Under the pieces are notes generated by a model. It saw only the letters and a program-made list of their open reading frames with translations, was not told the DNA's origin and did not search any database. Both the position numbers and the translations under genes were made by a program. A stretch of 64,000 nt of DNA from an uncultured Roseivirgaceae bacterium (GTDB lineage: Bacteria > Bacteroidota > Bacteroidia > Cytophagales > Cyclobacteriaceae), in assembly GCA_964580205.1 (NCBI GenBank), contig CAZOJZ010000458.1, positions 3,298 to 67,297 on the forward strand. Reading direction: 5' to 3'. Positions 21,944 through 31,598 of the stretch are shown in pieces (the stretch's first letter is position 1; the number at the start of each line of letters is the position of its first letter).

Positions 21944-23017
21944 TTAAGAGGAATGTTCGGTTTGAGTTTGAAAAGTCCACAGGATGGTCTCTAATTCCCG
22001 CAAGGTATTTCTCTTTTTCTTACCCGGAGAATAAACAAACCCTTCTACATAATATAGCCTGCCTAACGCTTCATCTACTAGAACATATCCTAAAAACGGG
22101 CCTCCCATGGAATTGTTTTTTAACTTCCAGGTTCCTCTTACTTGAACCGTAAATTTATTTCTCAGCTTCAAACTGACAGAATCGATAGGTACCAGGGGCT
22201 CAGTGACTATGTATGACAGGCTATCATTTCCCAAAAGAAATTCTTTCCATGCCTGGTCTCGAAATGCTATGATGTTCTTCCGGTGGAAGGCCTGTTCTTC
22301 TGTATAGTCTTTATAAGTAATGAACAGGCTTTTATCCACTTTGTTGTCCATCAATCTGATCCACATGCTGTGATCGGTTTCTAACGCTATCTCATATCCA
22401 TAAGGCACTTGAATGAAACACTGGTGATTTCGAAGTAACTGATTCTCAATTCCCTTTTCTCGCGGGGCTTTATACAAAGCCTTTCGGAAACGGGCCTTTT
22501 CTACATCAACAAAGTAGCGCTGTATTTTATCCCTATTGGCCATAATATGGCCTATCAGTAACTCACTATTGCGCTGGAATAGATGCATTACCGCCTGTTC
22601 CCGGGCAAACAGATCATTTTGTTTAGAAATATAGATATTGGAGTCAGCACTGATTGTTTCACGTGACTCTTGGGTAAAGTAATTTTGTAAAATAATATCA
22701 CCCCGGCTGTTTCCATCCAGAGTACTAACAAAAATCAGATTCCTGGAATTTCTTAGTACACTGTTAAATTTGTCAGGTTCCACATATACCAGATCAAATA
22801 TCGGCTCACCTTGTATCAATCCCGGGAAAGGGGCCCTAAAAGTATTTCTAATCTCTTCCCCAAGGTCCCCAGCCCATTTGGCAGAATCCATTACCAAAAT
22901 AATCTCTCCTGATCCCCCGGTAGCGCGTGGCAAGAAAGTCTTGTCGTCAAGAATAGAAGAACATCTGATGAATAGCAGTCCGATTAGGACAATGCATATG
23001 TCTAATCTTAATTTCAT
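21944..23017 (-). CDS. Hypothetical lipoprotein (DUF4837-like)
   Basis: It has a lipoprotein-type signal (LIGLLFIRCSS) and no catalytic motif I recognise. The family name is from memory of similar Bacteroidota proteins. Confidence 0.4.
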   Translation of the reverse strand: MKLRLDICIVLIGLLFIRCSSILDDKTFLPRATGGSGEIILVMDSAKWAGDLGEEIRNTFRAPFPGLIQGEPIFDLVYVEPDKFNSVLRNSRNLIFVSTLDGNSRGDIILQNYFTQESRETISADSNIYISKQNDLFAREQAVMHLFQRNSELLIGHIMANRDKIQRYFVDVEKARFRKALYKAPREKGIENQLLRNHQCFIQVPYGYEIALETDHSMWIRLMDNKVDKSLFITYKDYTEEQAFHRKNIIAFRDQAWKEFLLGNDSLSYIVTEPLVPIDSVSLKLRNKFTVQVRGTWKLKNNSMGGPFLGYVLVDEALGRLYYVEGFVYSPGKKKRNTLRELETILWTFQTQTEHSS

Positions 23018-23040
23018 CCAGGTGAAGGTTAGGTAGATAT

Positions 23041-23048
23041 CAAATGTA
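23041..23048 (-). promoter_or_regulatory. Candidate -7 box (TACATTTG)
   Basis: It matches TAnnTTTG on the minus strand, 24 nt upstream of the ATG at 23017. Confidence 0.35.
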
Positions 23049-23076
23049 ACAAGATGAACTCATAAAGAGAAATTGG

Positions 23077-23104
23077 CAATTCCGAATTCCTAATTTCTAA
23101 TTCT
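23077..23104. repeat. 28-bp element of four AT-rich heptamers (CAATTCC GAATTCC TAATTTC TAATTCT), copy 1
   Basis: Positions 23078-23102 match 42264-42288 at 24 of 25 positions by my count. The element overlaps the stop codon of the lytic transglycosylase gene. Confidence 0.6.
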
Positions 23105-24470
23105 ACCCAATAATAAGCGTCTGACCCGGTTTAATCTTGTTGGTTGACAGGTTATTCAATTGCTTGATTTTTTCTATGGTGAGCCCCTTATACTTTAGTG
23201 AAATTTCCCACAATGTATCACCAGGTTGAACCAAATGAGTTTTGGAGGCGGGGATGTTTCTGGGCGTGGTTATTCTGCTGCTTGCAACAGCTTGTTGATG
23301 CCCGGGTCTTACCCAAACATTAAGCACCTGGCCTGAACGTATCAGATTACCTCTGATATTGTTCCATTTTCTTAGATCTGATACCCGAACGCTGTATCGT
23401 TCAGCAATAGTGCCTAAGACCTCTCCGGACCGAATTCTGTGCCGAACTTTTTGACGTCCATAGGTGCTTCCTGGTTGAGTAGCTGCAAGTTTGGCCAGTT
23501 CCTCTTTCCCATTGATTGACGCTGAATCAAGAATTTCTTTTCTGTGGGCCAGTAAATGAGGCATTTTATCAATAGGGATTCTTAATGGATATTCCCTGGC
23601 ATTGGGAGGTACAACTCCTCTTCGAAGCGCAGGATTCAAAGCTTTAATATCTTCTACACAGACATCGATCTGCCGGGCAAATGTTTTAAGATCTACATAA
23701 TGACTTACCTGTATGGTGTCACTCCTAATAGGGTAGAGTACATAATCAACTTTCAGATTGTGATCTTCCTGATGATTTAGCACATAGATAATTGCTGTGA
23801 ATTGAGGCAGGTAGGACCGTGTCTCTCTGGGCAGGTAATTGTAAATTTCCCAGAATTTCCTTTTATATCCTGATCTCCGAATGGCCCGGCGTACCTTGCC
23901 AGGGCCTGCATTGTAGGAGGCAAGTACTAACTCCCAATCTTTGAACCGGTTGTAAAGACTTTTCAAATAAATGCAAGCAGCTTCTGTAGACTTGTAAGGG
24001 TCCAGGCGCTCGTCTATATAGTAGTCCTGATACAACTTAAATAACCGGCCGGTTGATGGCATGAATTGCCAAAGCCCTGCGGCTCCCGCTCTTGAACGCG
24101 CCGTCGGGTTAAGCCCGGACTCTATTATAGATAAGTACTTTAATTCATCAGGAAGGCCGTGTTTTTCAAGATAGTATTCAAATATGGGAAAATACAGGTT
24201 GATCCTTTGCATCATTAATTTGGTATATTCCCTGTCCCTCACTGAAAAGTAGTCGATAAACGACTTGACTATCTTGTTATACGAAAGGGGAACATTTGAT
24301 TCCATGCAACTTATTCTGTCTGCAACTTCGTGAAAGGAGAGGTCCGGCACATACTCATATTGAATTTCCGGAAGTACGTTTTTCGAGGTATCGGTTGCTA
24401 CAAATCCATCTATGTTAGCAGCCGAAAATGCTATGATTAAAAGGAACAGGATATGTCTGGTGAACTTCAT
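23103..24470 (-). CDS. Lytic transglycosylase (SLT domain) with C-terminal LysM repeats, MltD-like
   Basis: The SLT catalytic region is present (SIIESGLNP...AGAAGLWQFMPSTG...SYNAGPG). Two LysM-like repeats follow (HRIRSGEVLGTIAERY, HLVQPGDTLWEISLKY). Confidence 0.8.
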   Translation of the reverse strand: MKFTRHILFLLIIAFSAANIDGFVATDTSKNVLPEIQYEYVPDLSFHEVADRISCMESNVPLSYNKIVKSFIDYFSVRDREYTKLMMQRINLYFPIFEYYLEKHGLPDELKYLSIIESGLNPTARSRAGAAGLWQFMPSTGRLFKLYQDYYIDERLDPYKSTEAACIYLKSLYNRFKDWELVLASYNAGPGKVRRAIRRSGYKRKFWEIYNYLPRETRSYLPQFTAIIYVLNHQEDHNLKVDYVLYPIRSDTIQVSHYVDLKTFARQIDVCVEDIKALNPALRRGVVPPNAREYPLRIPIDKMPHLLAHRKEILDSASINGKEELAKLAATQPGSTYGRQKVRHRIRSGEVLGTIAERYSVRVSDLRKWNNIRGNLIRSGQVLNVWVRPGHQQAVASSRITTPRNIPASKTHLVQPGDTLWEISLKYKGLTIEKIKQLNNLSTNKIKPGQTLIIG

Positions 24471-24480
24471 TTTGTTTTAA

Positions 24481-25908
24481 CTAGTTTTCCCGATCCTTTA
24501 GTATATCCTTTGAAAGTGCATACAGTCCTTTTTCATTGAAGTCAGCGGCAATAATTTGAAATCCTATTGGCAGTCCATTCTTGTCTGTACCGTTGGGTAT
24601 GGAGATAGCGGGGTTCCCAGATACCGAGGCCTGAACAGTGAAAAGATCTGACCAATACATTTCCAAGGGATTATCCGAATACCTGCCTAGTTCAAAAGCC
24701 GTGGTCGGCGCTGTTGGCATCACAATATAGTCGAACTTATCGAACAATTCCCGGGTCTTTTCTTTTATAAGCTTCCGGACTTTTTGTGCTTTGGTGTAGT
24801 AAGCGTCATAGTAACTGGCACTAAGGACAAAGGTTCCCAGCATTATTCGTTTTTGGACCTCTTTGCCGAATCCTTCACTCCTGGTACTTTTATAAAAGGT
24901 ATCCAACGACTCTTCTGAAGATGAACGATAGCCATACTTTACCCCATCATACCGTGACAGATTAGAACTAGCTTCGGCGGTTGTCAGTAAGTAGTATGTG
25001 GGTAAGACATAGTCCATCAGTGGGAAATCCACTGCTTCTACCTGATGTCCCAGTTCTTTTAGATGTTCCAATTGTAATCGGGTATGTTCCATTACTTCAG
25101 GTTGCACTCCTTCATTTTCCAGCGATTCTTTGATGAATCCAATTCTGGCAGGACTATGGGAGTTTAAAGGTATATAGGCAGGAACTGATGTTCTGGAAAC
25201 AGTGCTGTCGTATTCATCAAGCCCGGCAATCACTTCCAGGATCAGTGCATTGTCTTCAATATTTTTTGTCAGGATTCCAATAGAATCAAATGAGGAGGCA
25301 TAGGCGACAAGACCGTAACGTGAGATCCTTGAGTAAGTGGGTTTTACGCCCACAATTCCAGTAAATGCTGCTGGCTGGCGTACCGAACCTCCCGTGTCAG
25401 ACCCTAAGGAGGCGTGACACATGCCACATTGAACTGCCACTGCAGACCCACCTGAAGAACCCCCTGGCACTTTTTGAGGGTCAAGACCATTGCGAACCGG
25501 ACCATAGGCAGAGTTTTCATTTGATGACCCCATACCAAACTCATCGCAATTCTGTCTTCCAATAATGATGGCATCTTCATCCAACAATCGTTGCACCGCG
25601 GTGCCTGTGAATTGTGATTCGAATCCCTCCAGAATTTTGCTTCCCGCTTGTAAAGCGTGGTCCTGATAGCACAGCATATCTTTCAGGCCCACTACCAGGC
25701 CTGCTAATCGGCCGGCTATTCCCTGGGATATTTTCTCGTTAATTTGTATGGCTTTTTTTTCGGCTTCCTCGCGGTAAACCTCCAGGAATACGTTCAGATT
25801 GGAATTTTGGTCAATATTTTTCAGGCATAACGCTACCACCTGACTACAGGTGGTAGCCCCAGACTTTATGCTATCTTGAATTTCCCTCAGTGAGGTAATT
25901 GTCTCCAA
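24481..25908 (-). CDS. gatA: Asp-tRNA(Asn)/Glu-tRNA(Gln) amidotransferase subunit A
   Basis: The amidase signature is present (GGSSGGSAVAV...GSDTGGSVRQPA). Length is 475 aa. The start is TTG, 5 nt after the tatA stop. Confidence 0.9.
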   Translation of the reverse strand: METITSLREIQDSIKSGATTCSQVVALCLKNIDQNSNLNVFLEVYREEAEKKAIQINEKISQGIAGRLAGLVVGLKDMLCYQDHALQAGSKILEGFESQFTGTAVQRLLDEDAIIIGRQNCDEFGMGSSNENSAYGPVRNGLDPQKVPGGSSGGSAVAVQCGMCHASLGSDTGGSVRQPAAFTGIVGVKPTYSRISRYGLVAYASSFDSIGILTKNIEDNALILEVIAGLDEYDSTVSRTSVPAYIPLNSHSPARIGFIKESLENEGVQPEVMEHTRLQLEHLKELGHQVEAVDFPLMDYVLPTYYLLTTAEASSNLSRYDGVKYGYRSSSEESLDTFYKSTRSEGFGKEVQKRIMLGTFVLSASYYDAYYTKAQKVRKLIKEKTRELFDKFDYIVMPTAPTTAFELGRYSDNPLEMYWSDLFTVQASVSGNPAISIPNGTDKNGLPIGFQIIAADFNEKGLYALSKDILKDREN

Positions 25909-25913
25909 TACTA

Positions 25914-26117
25914 TTACTTTTGGTCCTCATTAATTGATTTGGCCCCTTCTTCAATTTCATCTTTGATCTCTTTGGTAGCGTCCTTAAATTCCCGGATACC
26001 TTTACCTAGTCCTTTGGCAAGTTCAGGAATTTTTTTAGCTCCAAAAAGTAACAAAATGGCAAAGATAATTACAAAGATCTCCGGCCCTCCCAGTGAAAAT
26101 GCTAATAAAGTTTGCAT
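25914..26117 (-). CDS. tatA: Twin-arginine translocase subunit TatA/E
   Basis: The protein is 67 aa with a single TM helix followed by an amphipathic helix ([23 protein letters not shown]). Confidence 0.85.
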   Translation of the reverse strand: MQTLLAFSLGGPEIFVIIFAILLLFGAKKIPELAKGLGKGIREFKDATKEIKDEIEEGAKSINEDQK

Positions 26118-26255
26118 GACAGTTGTTTATAGGTGATTCTTATTTTGTTACTAATTAGTAAAGATATGCAATAATAGGCCGTACACAAATCAGCCTTGTA
26201 CTATTTTATATTTTATCTTACAACCCTGTGATATGAAGGAAACTAGCTTAAATCG

Positions 26256-27458
26256 CTACTTTGGCTGAAGCCAGGCTAACGGGTCAAGTTTATTGAAGTT
26301 TTTCCAAACTTGGAATTGCACTTCTGAGACACCATCTGTATCCGTAAATACCTCTCCTATAGGATCTTTGGTGCTCACTTTATCACCCATTTTCACTAAA
26401 GATTTCCTTAAGTTGGCATAGACGGTGCGGTATTCCCCATGTTGTATAATGATAACTATTCCATTCATTCCAGGAATTGAGGCAATTTTAGAAACCTCTC
26501 CATCAAATACAGCCCTAACTACTTCGTTTTTTTGTGTTTGTATATCTACTCCCGGGTTCTCAATTTTAACTCCTTTTAGCACGGGGTGTGGTTGTAAACC
26601 GAACTTACTGGACACGAATCCTCTGGCCACTGGCCAAGACAGTCGTTTTTGATTGCCCTGAAAATTACTGGATAGTTTGACACCAGCTGGGGTAAGTTTA
26701 AAGTCGCCACTGGAACTTTCACTTTTTTTCATTTCTAACTTTATCACTTCGGCAATCATCCGATCCAATCTACCAATAGCCTGCTTGCGTTTTTTTACAT
26801 CTTTCTTAAGGTCCTTTTCTTTAAGAGACAGCTGGTTTACTAGTTGGTCCTGTTGTTTTTTCGCAGTTATCAAGCCCTGATTTTGTAGCTCTTGTTGTGC
26901 CAGTAATCGTTGTTGCTGATTTTTCCTGTCGTTTGTTATAGTAAGTTGTTCTTTTAACTCAATACGGACCAGTTGTATTTCTTTGGCCTGATCCTGTCTG
27001 GATTTTGTATATTGCTGCAGGTATTTAGCCCTCATTACTAATTGGCTGAAAGAAGAAGCGGAAAATAAATAGGACAAACTCCCATAGTTGTTCTGTGCCT
27101 TACTTGCCTGATATATCATATTGGCATATTCATCTTTGAGATAATCCAGGTCTTTCTCTAAAGAAATTACCATTCCATAGCTCTCTTTAATATCGCTATT
27201 GAGGAGACGGATGTTGGCTCTGTAGGTCCTGATTAAAGATTCTTGGCTTCGAATTTGTTGGCCAAGCGCTTTTAGCTGGCCAAGGCTACTCTTTTTTTGA
27301 CTTGAAGTTTGCTTTAGGATCTTTTCTGCTTCTTTAATCTTAGCCAGATTCTCCTGCTTTTCCTGTTCCAATTTCTTCCTGTCTTGCTGACCCTGCAAGG
27401 GGTGCAAGAAAAAGATCATCCCAATCATGAGTATGGCAAGGATTTTACTTCCGCACAT
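26256..27458 (-). CDS. M23 family peptidase with N-terminal coiled coil (EnvC-like)
   Basis: A long coiled-coil region is followed by a LytM/M23 C-terminal domain (GVDI...G.V......G..IIIQHGEYRTVYANL). The start at ATG 27458 gives a signal peptide. It overlaps the upstream gene by 14 nt. Confidence 0.75.
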   Translation of the reverse strand: MCGSKILAILMIGMIFFLHPLQGQQDRKKLEQEKQENLAKIKEAEKILKQTSSQKKSSLGQLKALGQQIRSQESLIRTYRANIRLLNSDIKESYGMVISLEKDLDYLKDEYANMIYQASKAQNNYGSLSYLFSASSFSQLVMRAKYLQQYTKSRQDQAKEIQLVRIELKEQLTITNDRKNQQQRLLAQQELQNQGLITAKKQQDQLVNQLSLKEKDLKKDVKKRKQAIGRLDRMIAEVIKLEMKKSESSSGDFKLTPAGVKLSSNFQGNQKRLSWPVARGFVSSKFGLQPHPVLKGVKIENPGVDIQTQKNEVVRAVFDGEVSKIASIPGMNGIVIIIQHGEYRTVYANLRKSLVKMGDKVSTKDPIGEVFTDTDGVSEVQFQVWKNFNKLDPLAWLQPK

Positions 27459-28200
27459 ATCTGTATCTGCTAGGTATTTCAAATGGAAAACGTAATGCTG
27501 AAGCCAGTTCAGCACGACCGTGTTTAATGTTTATCTCTGTGCTTTTAACTTCATTTCCTTCTTCATATTCTAGACTTATGAAACTGTGGAATGGGATCGA
27601 AAATCTCTCCACCTGCTGGTGATTATCAAATTTCAGAATCATCTTATTCTTTTTTGAGGCCCCCGAGACCTCCACCATTTTCAGTTTCATCAACTCTCTG
27701 TCAAAATAATTCTCAATGGAATATGACCCGCTTGTTTGTTTTACTATATAGAATTGTTTGGTACTTACAATTTCGTTCAGTTCCTGATATGCCAGTGGCA
27801 TGTTTCCTAATATCAACGATTGTATTAAGTCGTAACTAATTTCAAATTGAAATTTCTCACTTAATCCTTCAAAATCGTACACTATATATTCCCTGCTCAG
27901 CCTGTTCATCAGCACCATGGAGTCCTGGGTAATCATTGCCCTGGCTACTTCAATTCCTAAAAAAGGGGTCAATGACATCCATATGATGCTGTCTTTTTTA
28001 ATCCTTATATTAGCAGAAGTACTGACATTGCGATCGGTGTCTTTAAACTGAATTCTGGTCTTGGTATTTAGGTACTCAAACTCAGGAATGGCAAAATCCA
28101 GTTTGTTGTTTTTTGCAAAATCAGGATCGGTTACAACTACCCTGCGGCTACAGGAACTGGCAAGAATTAAAAAAAGAAAAACCCAAAATCGGTTATTCAT
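27445..28200 (-). CDS. DUF4292-like (LolB-fold-like) lipoprotein
   Basis: It has a lipobox (FLILASSCS). ATG at 28200 overlaps the upstream TPR gene stop by 8 nt. The fold and family assignment is from memory, not demonstrated. Confidence 0.45.
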   Translation of the reverse strand: MNNRFWVFLFLILASSCSRRVVVTDPDFAKNNKLDFAIPEFEYLNTKTRIQFKDTDRNVSTSANIRIKKDSIIWMSLTPFLGIEVARAMITQDSMVLMNRLSREYIVYDFEGLSEKFQFEISYDLIQSLILGNMPLAYQELNEIVSTKQFYIVKQTSGSYSIENYFDRELMKLKMVEVSGASKKNKMILKFDNHQQVERFSIPFHSFISLEYEEGNEVKSTEINIKHGRAELASALRFPFEIPSRYRYVRK

Positions 28201-29977
28201 ATAACTTGCGATCCGCAATTTTTTTGTCGATCAAGTCAGAAGTGTCATCCATGCCTTTGGCTCTATTCCATTGTGTAACGGCATTTTCAATATCACCCAA
28301 TTTAAAAAGTACATCACCATAGTGTTCGAGAATGGTACCACTACCAGCATCATCTTCCAGCGCCAGTTCTAAAAACTTCTTGGCTTCTTTATAATCTCCT
28401 TGCATATAAAGGACCCAGGCATGCGTGTCTAAAAAAGTTGGATCACCAGGGTTATTCTTAATCAGTTTGGACGACATCCGGCGGGCTTTGTCTAATTTCT
28501 GTTTTCGAAGTGAAAGAAAATAGCTATAGTTGTTAAGCACGTGATTATTACGGGGATCAACTTGCAAGACAGCTTCATAAGCTTCTTCTGACTTTTGGTA
28601 CTTCTCCAATTCATTATAGGTATCTCCAAGCAGGGAATTGAACACTACCTGCATGTTTGAATCGTTTTTGGACAATTTCTTTCCTTGCTCCAAAACCTCA
28701 ACGGCCGTTTCATAGTGGTCGTTGGACAGGCTGGCGAAACCAAGGTAATAATAAAGTGAAGGCTGATTTGGAAATACCTCAATTGCCAGGGCAGAATGTT
28801 TTTCCAGACTATCTATCTCCGACAACTCAACTTCAATTTGCAATACATTTTGCCATATATTGAAGTTGCTATCACCCAGTGCCAATGCTTGTTGGTAGTG
28901 TCCCAGTGCTTGTTTTCTAAACTCAGGGTCATTTGCACTGTTGGCCAGGTTTAAGTAAAGATCTCCATTTACCGCATGAGCATTTGCATCATCGGGGTGG
29001 GCAGTTAAGATACTCTCTGCTAACTTGATAGAATTTTTCTGAACTGCAGGGTTTGGTAGTTGCCTCATATATTCCACCAATACATTCAATTTTGGAGTGA
29101 CTTCAAGTGAAGGGTTGGTAAATGCCAGAATTAGTTGTTCAGTAGCCAGATTGATTTTTCCCTGTTTCTTATAAACTTCAGCCAACAGCAATCGGGCCCG
29201 GGCGTCATCGGGGTTTTTATTAATGTAGTCTTCCAGGTATGGAATCGCCTCTTCCTCCCGGTTATTGGACAGGTAAAGCTCGGAGAGGTTGAATACGAAA
29301 TCAGCTTCACCCGGAAATTGGGCAATCATTTCTTTAATTTCGTTAATAGCTTCATCCAGTTTATTTAGCTTCAGATAAATACGTTGTTTTGAAAAAACCA
29401 GTTCTTTGCTGACTCCAAACTTGGCTCCCACTCTATCATAGGTTGCTATTGCTGCGTCCAGATTGTCTCCATATACGTAAAGGGCTGCCAGATCAAAAAG
29501 ATAGGAATCGGTATCTGGGACTGTTTCCAGCATAGTTTCATAGATCTGTGCCGCTGCCGCAAAATTGGACTGTTTGGAGTAAATGTCAGCGTTTTGTATA
29601 TAATAGTATTTGTTTTTAGGGTCGAGTTGGAGTGCCTTGGTGGCGTAGATCAAGGCCTTGTCAGGTTCTTCTCCTAACATTAATATTTGAGCCACCTTAT
29701 AATGACAGGAGGCGTTTTCAGGATTGAGCTCCAGTGATTTTTGGAAAAAAATCAATGATTTGCTGTAATCTTCTATCATGAAGTACTTTTCCCCTTCCAG
29801 GAAGATCACTTCCGCCTGTAATAAGTTCCTTTGACTGGACTTTGATTGTTCCTCTTTGGCTCTTTTTTTTCGACCCTGAGCATCAATAGGCTGGATTGAA
29901 ACCAGGCAAACCAGCAATACTAATAATATCGTCCAATGAAAACGAACCATTCTTATATTTTTAACTGCTCTTTTCAT
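28193..29977 (-). CDS. Tetratricopeptide repeat protein (secreted/periplasmic)
   Basis: A signal peptide is followed by many TPR-like units (recurrent A..Y...L...P.N). An alternative start at 29950 is possible. Confidence 0.7.
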   Translation of the reverse strand: MKRAVKNIRMVRFHWTILLVLLVCLVSIQPIDAQGRKKRAKEEQSKSSQRNLLQAEVIFLEGEKYFMIEDYSKSLIFFQKSLELNPENASCHYKVAQILMLGEEPDKALIYATKALQLDPKNKYYYIQNADIYSKQSNFAAAAQIYETMLETVPDTDSYLFDLAALYVYGDNLDAAIATYDRVGAKFGVSKELVFSKQRIYLKLNKLDEAINEIKEMIAQFPGEADFVFNLSELYLSNNREEEAIPYLEDYINKNPDDARARLLLAEVYKKQGKINLATEQLILAFTNPSLEVTPKLNVLVEYMRQLPNPAVQKNSIKLAESILTAHPDDANAHAVNGDLYLNLANSANDPEFRKQALGHYQQALALGDSNFNIWQNVLQIEVELSEIDSLEKHSALAIEVFPNQPSLYYYLGFASLSNDHYETAVEVLEQGKKLSKNDSNMQVVFNSLLGDTYNELEKYQKSEEAYEAVLQVDPRNNHVLNNYSYFLSLRKQKLDKARRMSSKLIKNNPGDPTFLDTHAWVLYMQGDYKEAKKFLELALEDDAGSGTILEHYGDVLFKLGDIENAVTQWNRAKGMDDTSDLIDKKIADRKLYE

Positions 29978-30077
29978 ACAGTATTGTCCTCACACGCACG
30001 TTGGAAGAAGTCTTTTGAAATTTTATCAACGCTCCCATTTTTACCCAATACTTGCATTTTGTACAAAAATATGAAAA

Positions 30078-31574
30078 TTATGTGATTTTTATGTTCAATT
30101 TTTTCTTTTCGAAAACAACAATGGCACCTATGTAAGCTATGGGGATCAGTATATTTATCATGTGGTTTAGCAGGTTATTTTCAGGCCTGAACTGATCTAC
30201 CAGGTAGATTACAGAAATGGCAAACCCCAAATGCAGGAGAATCCCCCCCCAATTATAGGGAACGGGGAAGTGCTTTCTTCCCCAGAGCCAACATATCAAG
30301 GACATAAGACCATAGCATAAAACCGAGGCAAATGCGGAACCGGTGTATCCGATTACCGGGATTAGCATCCAATTGACCAGTATGGTAACTGCAGCTCCTA
30401 TCAGACTTATGTAGGTGCCCACAAGCGTCTTATCCACCAATTTGAACCATATTGACAGGTTAATGTATATGCCCAACAAAAGCTTACCAAACAGCAAAAC
30501 AGGAACCAGATATAAGGCTTCACGATAGCTGGGTTGCCTAAGAAATATTTGCCCCAAGAGGTTAATATTAAGACTTACAGTCAACAGTATGAACGTACAG
30601 ACTACCACAAAATAATACATTACTTTAGCGAATAGTTCCGGGGCTTGTTTGTTTTCAGCGTGAGAGAAAAAAAATGGTTCGCCAGCGTATCGAAATGCCT
30701 GAATGGCCAACAGCATGAATATACTTAGTTTAAAACTAGCTCCGTAGATGCCTAAGGCGGCCATGCTGGTTTTTCCTGGATAAAAATTATCCGGTAACAA
30801 GTTGGGGATCAAAAGTTTATCGGCCTGTTCATTGGCAATCCCGGCCAGCCCCATTAGGAATATTGGTAGTCCGTACTTCAGCAAAGGCTTGGCCTGATTC
30901 CATGATATTCGAAGACCTATTTGCATGAAGTACTTCCTCAACATCAGAATGATAAGAAAATTACCCAGCAAATTGGCCAGAAAAACATATCCCACACCAA
31001 ACTCAGGGTGGTAATAGCTGCTTACCAACGGTTCCAGGGAGGTAAACAGTCCCTTATGATAAACCAGATATGGAAGCAGCAGAAATGCTAGATTTAAGGT
31101 TATAGTGAAAATAATAGCTCCCATTTTAGCCAGTGCGAAGGTCATGGCCTTGTTTTCAAGTCGCAGCCGGGCGAAGGGAATGGCACTCACGGCATCGATG
31201 AACAAAATGGCTGCCAGAAATTGGACCAGGTGCTTTTGATCCGGTACTTCCAAATAGTTTGCAATGGATTGCGAACAAATCATAATCAGTGCGGAAAAAA
31301 GCGTGCTGGTAAGCAGGATCATAGTGGAGGCTTGTTGGTAGGGGTTGCGCAGACCTCCCCTGCTGGCGAATCTGAAAAAAGCAGTCTCCATACCATAACT
31401 GTAAATAATATTAAAGAACGCTACGTATGCATAGAGTTTGGTGATCACTCCATACTGGCTGCTATGAAAAACAGTGGTATAAAGAGGTACCAGCAGATAA
31501 TTCAACACCCTGCCGACAATACTGGAAATACCATAAATCACAGTTTCACCGGCTAGTTTCTTTAAAGGATTCAT
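30078..31574 (-). CDS. Polysaccharide biosynthesis protein / Wzx-like MOP-family flippase
   Basis: The protein is 498 aa with roughly 12-14 predicted TM helices and a Wzx-type N-terminus (LAGETVIYGISSIVGRVLNYLLVPLYT). Confidence 0.65.
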   Translation of the reverse strand: MNPLKKLAGETVIYGISSIVGRVLNYLLVPLYTTVFHSSQYGVITKLYAYVAFFNIIYSYGMETAFFRFASRGGLRNPYQQASTMILLTSTLFSALIMICSQSIANYLEVPDQKHLVQFLAAILFIDAVSAIPFARLRLENKAMTFALAKMGAIIFTITLNLAFLLLPYLVYHKGLFTSLEPLVSSYYHPEFGVGYVFLANLLGNFLIILMLRKYFMQIGLRISWNQAKPLLKYGLPIFLMGLAGIANEQADKLLIPNLLPDNFYPGKTSMAALGIYGASFKLSIFMLLAIQAFRYAGEPFFFSHAENKQAPELFAKVMYYFVVVCTFILLTVSLNINLLGQIFLRQPSYREALYLVPVLLFGKLLLGIYINLSIWFKLVDKTLVGTYISLIGAAVTILVNWMLIPVIGYTGSAFASVLCYGLMSLICWLWGRKHFPVPYNWGGILLHLGFAISVIYLVDQFRPENNLLNHMINILIPIAYIGAIVVFEKKKLNIKIT

Positions 31575-31598
31575 AAGAACCGGAGCACTTTTTGCATA

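Noticed and set aside
26148-26161. A perfect 14-bp palindrome TTACTAATTAGTAA upstream of tatA. A similar 12-bp palindrome TTTTGTACAAAA lies at 30057-30068.
   Set aside because: Both are AT-rich and short. A few such palindromes are expected by chance in 64 kb, and no second copy or half-site pattern was seen. They could be operators, but I cannot support that.
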